Shown here: positions 54,692-64,000 of the stretch, piece after piece
How the letters are laid out: each line of letters starts with the position of its first letter
How positions within the stretch are numbered: position 1 is the stretch's first letter
Assembly (NCBI GenBank): GCA_964016885.1
Contig: OZ024747.1
Span: 10,540,001-10,604,000, forward strand
Direction of reading: 5' to 3'
DNA from: Eledone cirrhosa
Lineage: Eukaryota
Length of the DNA: 64,000 nt
The notes under the pieces: generated by a model
What the model was told of the DNA's origin: nothing
The model's database searches: none
The model's input: only the letters and a program-made list of their open reading frames with translations
Translations under genes and position numbers: made by a program

Positions 54692-55496
54692 ACTAGCAGC
54701 AGTACCCAGCGTTGCCTGGGTAGGTAAAATAATATCTGCTTTGATGAAAAGGTGTTTATCTTAGCGACTGCTACTCGATGAGTCATCTATGGCCACACAC
54801 AGGCCATGCGGCGGAGGGTGGTGATGACCTATATCACTGAGAAACGCGGGTGACTGACGAAGGGGCATGCTGGCGAAGGGAGTTTCGAATTTGAACGAAA
54901 TCGGTTGAAAAATGTGGGAGCTAGAGCCGAAAAGGCGGAAATTTGAGCGAAAAGGTGGTATTTTCGAATATTTAAGCGGCTGTCACGCCGTTCCTGAACA
55001 AAAAATCCAAAATGTAAAGCCACTTTAAGACGTGAAATAATCAGATCTAGCGTAGTGTAAAATTTGAACAAAGTAGGTTGATTAGTGTGGGAGCTAGAGC
55101 CGAAAAAGTGAAAATTTGAGTCTAAAAGTGGTATTTTTGAATATCTAAGCGGCTGCCACGCCGTCCCTGAACAACAAATGCAAAATATAAAGCCATTAGA
55201 AGATGTGCAATGATAAATTCTATTTTGCTTTAAAATTTGAATGAAATTGGTGCCAAAATGTGGGAGCTAGAGCCAAAAATCTTATTTTTCGATACCTAAA
55301 AAAAGGAGACCCCCCCCCTATCGATTTTTATCTGCAGAATGACCCGGAATAAAAAAAAAACGATACGCTGATATATAGAAAACACTCCCCGATGACTAAT
55401 CTATGAGCCTGTAAAGTTTCATGAAAATCGGTCGTAAGATGTAGGCCTCTATAGGTAATACACAGACGCATTCGTCTCCGGAAATGTATGTAGGAT
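54692..55496 (+). mobile_element. Helentron/DINE-1-like non-autonomous element
   Basis: 5' ACTAG plus cccagcgttgcctggg hairpin, three ~172-bp internal repeats (gtgggagctagagcc at about 54915, 55087, 55260), aaagtttcatgaaaatcgg, and 3' end ...gtaggat. Confidence 0.55.
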
Positions 55497-56056
55497 AATA
55501 TTGTTATTACGACTGCACACAATACATTATAAAAGACCCTGTCTTAACATTCGTCTCTAGAAATGTATGTAGGATTATATTGTTATTACGACTGCACACA
55601 ATACATTATAAAAGACCCTGTCTTAACATTCGTCTCTAGAAATGTATGTAGGATTATATTGTTATTACGACAGCACACAATACATTATAAAAGACCCTGT
55701 CTTAACATTCGTCTCTAGAAATGTATGTAGGATAATATTGTTATTACGACAGCACACAATACATTATAAAAGACCCTGTCTTAACATTCGTCTCCGGAAA
55801 TGTATGTAGGATAATATTGTTATTACGACTGCACACAATACATTATAAAAGACCCTGTCTTAACATTCGTCTCTAGAAATGTATGTAGGATTATATTGTT
55901 ATTACGACTGCACACAATACATTATAAAAGACCCTGTCTTAACATTCGTCTCTAGAAATGTATGTAGGATTATATTGTTATTACGACTGCACACAATACA
56001 TTATAAAAGACCCTGTCTTAACATTCGTCTCCGGAAATGTATGTAGGATTATATTG
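55469..56056 (+). repeat. 79-bp tandem repeat, about 7.4 copies, overlapping the element 3' end
   Basis: Unit cattcgtctc(t/c)(a/g)gaaatgtatgtaggat(t/a)atattgttattacgactgcacacaatacattataaaagaccctgtcttaa. Confidence 0.92.
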
Positions 56057-56696
56057 ATATGCTTACCATCTGTTATATCATAAGAAAATCTCTCAATAAG
56101 ATTACGATAAATATATTCCATTGTTAAAGTGATATTAAAAAACATTATAGCACCAATAACGTTGTTTAAAATTCATAAAACCCAAACTTGGCTTAAAAGT
56201 TTAGTGTTTGCTCTTTTTCTGGATATCTGAGGGTCATCTCCTGGTTTAGGAGCGGTTTTTAAATCAGCTTCCCGACATATATTATGGTGGTCACATTGCA
56301 AGATTGGTCTAGGGAGCATACTTCTGGTTGTCTGTATGAGTAACCTGGTGACGGGGAGCTCACAGATTTGTTGTTGTCGCTGTTGTTGTTGTTGTTGTTG
56401 TTGTTATTGTTGTTGTTGTTATTTAGCTCAAAATTACTTCTGATCGAACAAACCTATGATTAAAGGCCCTCCAACCATGACCGCACTGTCAAAATTTCAG
56501 ATATTAAAATACGTATCAATATCATATATTGTTGTTTAGCCCCAGGTCAGTTCTGATTGAGTAAATCCATGATCAAATGTGTCCCAGCCATGACCATCCA
56601 ATGTTTTCTTCTTTACATCTAGAACTATATTGTATTACATATAGGAATGCCTAGAAATAGTTACATTTCTGCTATTTAAAGGTATTTTATTAAGAT

Positions 56697-57050
56697 GGCG
56701 TGGTAAATAAATATATAAATATACACCAAGTCCGAATACAATGGAACCAAAGGCCCACTGTCACTGCCTCCGTCTCTCCCGCTCTCCACATCTCTCACTA
56801 TTAGGAGGACAGAATAGAGAAGCATTTCCCCGGAAGATGGTGAGTGAGATGCGCCGGAAAAACAATTCCAGCTCGCGAGGCTCACGCCTGTGGGTAGCCA
56901 ACTCTGTGCCGATGGTGGTAAGTAGGGTGGTGGTCCTAGGGCCAATGACGCCAGAAGTCTCCTCTGTTACAAGCTTGACCGCAAATCTGTCGGAGAGCGA
57001 CCGATATTTGGAGAGTTTACCCTCCTCGGCCTGAAGTGCAGAAGAGCCTG
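56697..57050 (-). mobile_element. CRE-clade LINE 3' end fragment
   Basis: Minus strand encodes AEEGKLSKYR...ETSGVIGPRT...IGTELATHRREP; homologous to 1500-1720. Confidence 0.8.
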
Positions 57051-57217
57051 GTTAATGTGTCCGTTCTATTATTTTAAAAAAATGGGTTTAAGAGAGATTT
57101 TGCTGCTATTTCTAGTCTAGTATTCAACTCGTGGAAAGAAAATTGTCTCCCTTACAATGTTTATCTAAATTATGTCCCTTGTTAGTTGCAAATTATTATC
57201 TCCCTTGTGTAAACATC

Positions 57218-57641
57218 ATTATTTATTGTTGATAGGCGGTGAATTGGCAGTATCGGTAGAGGGTCGGATGCCATGCTTTCCAGCATAGTTACGTCCCTTA
57301 ACGATCTGAGTTCAAATCCCGCTGAGGTTGACTTTGCCTTTCATCCTTACGGGGTCGATAAAATAAAGTACCAGTAATGCACTGGGTAATTGCTGGCCTT
57401 GTGCCAAAAAGTAGAAACAATTATTTATTGTTGATAGGGCGGTGTATTGGCAGTATCGGTAGAGGGTCAAACGCCATGCTTTGCAGCAAAGAGTTACGGC
57501 CCATTACGTTCTGAGTTCAAATCCCGCCGAGGTTAACTTTGCCTTTCATCCCTACGGGGTCGATAAAATAAAGTACCAGTAATACACTGTAATAATTGCT
57601 GGCCTTGTGCCAAAAGTAGAAACAATTATTTATTGTTGATA
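57218..57641 (+). mobile_element. Two tRNA-derived SINEs (57235-57419 and 57437-57624) with a triplicated 17-bp target site
   Basis: attatttattgttgata at 57218, 57420 and 57625. Confidence 0.9.
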
Positions 57642-57799
57642 TAACTATAATTTTTTTTTTCAGATAATATTTATTTTATAATATATTTATTTTAAACATA
57701 CATAAAAAGAAAGCAGTATTGGAGAAGAGTACAAATGCCATAAATGTGAAGAAAAAAAAAAGGGGAGGGGGCAAGGATTACTAGATAAAGCAAGGTCAG

Positions 57800-57905
57800 A
57801 GCGGTGTTTCGGCTGAGCCCCGCGGACAAAATACCAAAAGCATTTCCGCGGACAATGGCCAGAGACATCTGCTGCAATAGCCACCGCACCTCCAGGAGCA
57901 CACGC
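57800..57905 (-). mobile_element. CRE-clade LINE extreme C-terminal fragment
   Basis: EVRWLLQQMSLAIVRGNAFGILSAG. Confidence 0.65.
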
Positions 57906-57914
57906 CCTGGCAAG

Positions 57915-58490
57915 GTGTTGTTTGTGGAAGACCAGCAGTCACCCATACATACCAGTCTCTCTTCCCCATACCACTGATATTGTCCAAGGGAAAGGTAAAG
58001 GCCGATATAGCTTAGTACCAGGGACTTCGCAACACATATACACACTATATATATATTATATATACACTATATATATTATATATACACTATACACAATATA
58101 TATACACTATACACACGATATATGATGTTGTCCAAGGGAAAGGCAATGGCCGATACAGCTTGGCACCAGTGACGTCTCAACTCATTTCTACAGCTGAGTA
58201 AACTGGAACAACATGAAATAAATATGTTGCTTAAGGAGACAACCCATTGCCCGATCCAAGAATCTAACTTACAACCTCACACGTATGAACCCAACACTCT
58301 AATCCCTAAGCTATACGCCTTCACGATCAGTGGAGCCAAGCTGTACAACCTTCGACAACATCGGTGACACAGAGAGGGGAGACTGGTATGTATGGGTGAC
58401 TGTTGCTCTTCTACAAAACATCTCGCCCAGACTTCTGCTCCAGAGGGAACTATTTAGGTGTGAACCCCAAGGTCATTTGGGGCCGAAGGG
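57915..58490. mobile_element. Cluster of CORE-like SINE fragments in both orientations
   Basis: Segments match 45790-46022 and 53735-53956. Confidence 0.65.
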
Positions 58491-58604
58491 ACCCTACGGG
58501 ATACGATACTTGTCCCACTGTCTGTCCGTTTATCGGGGGGGGGGGGGGGGGGGGATTTTTGTAACAGAAGTTTACATTGTTTTCAGAATATATGGGATAA
58601 AACA

Positions 58605-61600
58605 GTACCACTCATACTACCACCCATACCACTACTACCACTACTTCCACCAATAACACCACCACCACCACCACTACTACCACCACCATCAACACCACTA
58701 CTACCACTACTACCACCCATACCACCAATACCACTATTACCACTACTACCACCAATAACACCACTACCACCACCACCACCACCACCACCACCACCACTAC
58801 TACCACCACCATCACTACCACCATCAACACCACTACTACCATTACTACCACTACTACCACCCATACCACCAATACCACTACTACCACCAATAACACCACT
58901 ACTACCACCACCACCATCACTACCACCATCAACACCACTACTACCACTACTACCACTACTACCACCACCACCACTACTACCACCACCATCACTACCATCA
59001 TCAACACCACTACTACCACCACTACTACCACCACCACCATCACTACCATCATCAACACCACTACTACCACTACTACCACTACTACCACCCATACCACCAA
59101 TACCACTATTACCACTACTACCACCAATAACACCACTACCACCACCACCACCACCACTACTACCACCACCATCACTACCACCACTACTACCACTACTACC
59201 ACCAATAACACCACTACCACCACCACCACTACTACCACCACCACCACCATCACTACCACCACTACTACCACTACTACCACCACCACCACCACTACTACCA
59301 CCACCACCACCATCACTACCACCACTACTACCACTACTACCACTACCACCACCACCACTACTACCACCACCATCACTACCATCATCAACACCACTACTAC
59401 CACTACTACCACCACCACCACTACTACCACCACCATCACTACCACCGTCAACACCACTACTATCATTACTACCACCAATACCACTACTACCACCACCATC
59501 ACTACCACCGTCAACACCACTACTACCACTACTACCACCACCACCACTACTACCACCACCATCACTACCACCGTCAACACCACTACTATCATTACTACCA
59601 CCAATACCACTACTACCACCACCATCACTACCACCGTCAACACCACTACTATCATTACTACCACCAATACCACTACTACCACCACCATCACTACCACCGT
59701 CAACACCACTACTACCACTACTACCACCACCACCACTACTACCACCACCATCACTACCACCGTCAACACCACTACTACCATTACTACCACCACCACCACT
59801 ACTACCACCACCATCACTACCACCGTCAACACCACTACTACCACTACTACCACCACCACCACTACTACCACCACCATCACTACCACCGTCAACACCACTA
59901 CTACCATTACTACCACCAATACCACTACTACCACCACCATCACTACCACCGTCAACACCACTACTACCACTACTACCACCACCACCACTACTACCACCAC
60001 CATCACTACCACCGTCAACACCACTACTACCATTACTACCACCACCACCACTACTACCACCACCATCACTACCACCGTCAACACCACTACTACCATTACT
60101 ACCACCACCACCACTACTACCACCACCATCACTACCACCGTCAACACCACTACTACCATTACTACCACCACCACCACTACTACCACCACCATCACTACCA
60201 CCGTCAACACCACTACTACCATTACTACCACCACCACCACTACTACCACCACCATCACTACCACCGTCAACACCACTACTACCATTACTACCACCAATAC
60301 CACTACTACCACCACCATCACTACCACCGTCAACACCACTACTACCATTACTACCACCAATACCACTACTACCACCACCATCACTACCACCGTCAACACC
60401 ACTACTACCATTACTACCACCAATACCACTACTACCACCACCATCACTACCACCGTCAACACCACTACTACCATTACTACCACCACCACCACTACTACCA
60501 CCACCATCACTACCACCGTCAACACCACTACTACCATTACTACCACCACCACCACTACTACCACCACCATCACTACCACCGTCAACACCACTACTACCAT
60601 TACTACCACCACCACCACTACTACCACCACCATCACTACCACCGTCAACACCACTACTACCATTACTACCACCACCACCACTACTACCACCACCATCACT
60701 ACCACCGTCAACACCACTACTACCATTACTACCACCAATACCACTACTACCACCACCATCACTACCACCGTCAACACCACTACTACCATTACTACCACCA
60801 ATACCACTACTACCACCACCATCACTACCACCGTCAACACCACTACTACCATTACTACCACCAATACCACTACTACCACCACCATCACTACCACCGTCAA
60901 CACCACTACTACCATTACTACCACCACCACCACTACTACCACCACCATCACTACCACCGTCAACACCACTACTACCATTACTACCACCACCACCACTACT
61001 ACCACCACCATCACTACCACCGTCAACACCACTACTACCATTACTACCACCACCACCACTACTACCACCACCATCACTACCACCGTCAACACCACTACTA
61101 CCATTACTACCACCACCACCACTACTACCACCACCATCACTACCACCGTCAACACCACTACTACCATTACTACCACCAATACCACTACTACCACCACCAT
61201 CACTACCACCGTCAACACCACTACTACCATTACTACCACCAATACCACTACTACCACCACCATCACTACCACCGTCAACACCACTACTACCATTACTACC
61301 ACCAATACCACTACTACCACCACCATCACTACCACCGTCAACACCACTACTACCATTACTACCACCACCACCACTACTACCACCACCATCACTACCACCG
61401 TCAACACCACTACTACCATTACTACCACCACCACCACTACTACCACCACCATCACTACCACCGTCAACACCACTACTACCATTACTACCACCACCACCAC
61501 TACTACCACCACCATCACTACCACCGTCAACACCACTACTACCATTACTACCACCAATACCACTACTACCACCACCATCACTACCACCGTCAACACCACT

Positions 61601-61815
61601 ACTACCATTACTACCACCACCACCACTACTACCACCACCATCACTACCACCGTCAACACCACTACTACCATTACTACCACCACCACCACTACTACCACCA
61701 CCATCACTACCACCGTCAACACCACTACTACCATTACTACCACCACCACCACTACTACCACCACCATCACTACCACCGTCAACACCACTACTACCATTAC
61801 TACCACCAATACCAC
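58605..61815. repeat. (CAC/TAC)n-derived 60-bp minisatellite
   Basis: Regular 60-bp period from about 59400; irregular triplets at the left end. Confidence 0.95.
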
Positions 61816-61999
61816 TGCGATAATGTTCATTCGTCAACATTACTCCTTTCTCCTCCTCCTCCTCCTCCGCCTCCTCCTCCTCCAGTCCCCGACACTAGCT
61901 CCGCTATTAAAAAGAACCACATCAACAGACACAACAATTATCACCACAATGACCAGTTCACAACACCAACGACACGCCGCCACCAACAACAGCAACACC

Positions 62000-63100
62000 A
62001 ATCTACATTATCACCACCACCACCACCACCACCACCACCAATCCCCACCTGCACCACCACCACCACCACCACCAATCTACATTATCACCACCACCACCAC
62101 CACCACCACCACCACCAATCTACATTATCACCACCACCACCACCACCACCACCAATCTACATTATCACCACCACCACCACCACCACCACCAACCTACATT
62201 ATCACCACCACCACCACCACCACCACCAACCTACATTATCACCACCACCACCACCACCACCACCAATCTACATTATCACCACCACCACCACCACCAGTCT
62301 ACATTATCACCACCACCACCACCACCAATCTACATTATCACCACCACCACCAGTCTACATTATCACCACCACCACCACCACCACCACCACCAATCTACAT
62401 TATCACCACCACCACCACCACCACCACCACCACCACCACTCTACATTATCACCACCACCACCACCAATCTATATTATCACCACCACCACCACCAACCTGC
62501 ATTATCACCACCACCACCACCACCACCACTCTACATTATCACCACCACCACCACCACTCTACATTATCACCACCACCACCACTCTACACCACCACCACCA
62601 CCACTCTACACCACCACCACCACCACCACTCTACATTATCACCACCACCACCGCTCTACATTATCACCACCACCACCACTCTACACCACCACCACCACCA
62701 CCACCACTCTACACCAGCACCACCACCACCACCACCACTCTACATTATCACCACCACTCTACACCACCACCACCACCACCACCACCACCACTCTACACCA
62801 CCACCACCACTCTACATTATCACCACCACCACCACCACCACCACTCTACATTATCACCACCACCACCACTCTACACCACCACCACCACCACTCTACACCA
62901 CCACCACCACCACCACCACCACTCTACATTATCACCACCACCACCACCACCACCACTCTACATTATCACCACCACCACCACTCTACATTATCACCACCAC
63001 CACCACTCTACACCACCACCACCACCACCACCACCACCACCACTCTACATTATCACCACCACCACCACCACCACCACCACCACCACTCTATATTATCACC
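62000..63100. repeat. (CAC)n array punctuated by tctacattat
   Basis: Low-complexity repeat. Confidence 0.9.
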
Positions 63101-63218
63101 TCCAACTAACCAACAAGGTGATAATATAGACTTTCATAACAGTTTATTAAAGTATCCATTAGATGTACTCTTGAAATATTCCTGCTAATGACGTATAATT
63201 GACAGCTTGAAATGGGAT

Positions 63219-63286
<68 letters not shown>

Positions 63287-63372
63287 ACACAACACACAAC
63301 ACACAACACACAACACACACAACACACACACACACACACACAACACACACACAACACACACACACACGCACG

Positions 63373-63421
<49 letters not shown>

Positions 63422-63562
63422 GAGCACATGAAAATACAGACACATACACCCATACACACACACACACAAGAATACCCGCGCGTTATTGTGTATATGTGTG
63501 TGTTTGTCGAGAGTGGAGCAGAAAGAGAGAATATTTTACACATATAAGTGTATGTAGATAGA

Positions 63563-64000
63563 TAGATTTCTTTATTTGCCACAAAGGCGCACAAGAAAAG
63601 GGGACAATACAAAGACATGCCGGGGATTTTACATATAGTCGTGTAAAAAATATAAAATAAACAATTATAACAATCGAAATCCCCAATAGGGGGGGGGGGG
63701 GGGAGCCCCACAAATGGGTTGTTTAATACCCCGTCGATAGAACAACCCTCAACTTCAGGAGCGTGTTGTGCAAGTGCCCCTTTGTTTCTTTTGCTCTCTC
63801 CTTTAACCTACAGGCCTATAAACAGAGAAGGCCCAACCACTCGGGTCATTTTCGTTTCATTCACCCACCTTTCAGTAAATTTACTGGAGTGCAGTGCCTC
63901 TCTCTCCACTCTGATTCTCCTTTTAAAGTGATACTTACTGGAGTGCAGTGCCTCTCTCTCCACTCTGATTCTCCTTTTAAAGTGATACTTAAAGAAGGGA
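63563..64000 (-). mobile_element. Tx1/L1-like LINE 3' end
   Basis: Minus strand FKRRIRVEREALHSSKFTERWV followed by a 3' UTR ending tggcaaataaagaaatc; a related 3' UTR piece lies at 33050-33110. Confidence 0.55.

Noticed and set aside
58583-61840. 1085-aa Gly/Ser-rich ORF resembling a structural (silk- or shell-like) protein
   Set aside because: It is a GGT/AGT triplet minisatellite that is open in several frames at once (poly-Val in another), with no signal peptide, domain or splice support.

Overview
Repeat-dense, AT-rich animal genomic DNA. The SINE, LINE and microsatellite landscape suggests a cephalopod (octopus-like); this is inference. The only well-supported protein-coding gene is a 3-exon CHCHD7/COX23-family twin CX9C gene on the minus strand (52985->49766, 110 aa, GT-AG introns). 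Most ORFs in the supplied track are microsatellite or minisatellite artefacts or LINE remnants (CRE-type restriction-like endonuclease ends, RTE, RTE-X-like, Tx1/L1-like). Other content: tRNA-derived SINEs, mariner/Tc1/TTAA-type MITEs, a Helentron-like element, a 6.5-kb 50-bp satellite with nested higher-order structure, and several TE-derived minisatellites. The most notable signal, absent from the ORF track, is a set of short elements mostly inserted in (TA)n tracts that carry type I hammerhead ribozyme motifs (CUGANGA...GAAA...NUH with pairing, covarying stems). About 12 are complete or near-complete cores and several more are half cores. They fall into several sequence families, many are folded back into long palindromes, and they share a 3'-tail motif. 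They resemble Penelope-like or retrozyme-type retroelement ends, with signs of snap-back priming at the ribozyme's own stem II. Coordinates were read by eye and repeat boundaries may be off by a few bases.
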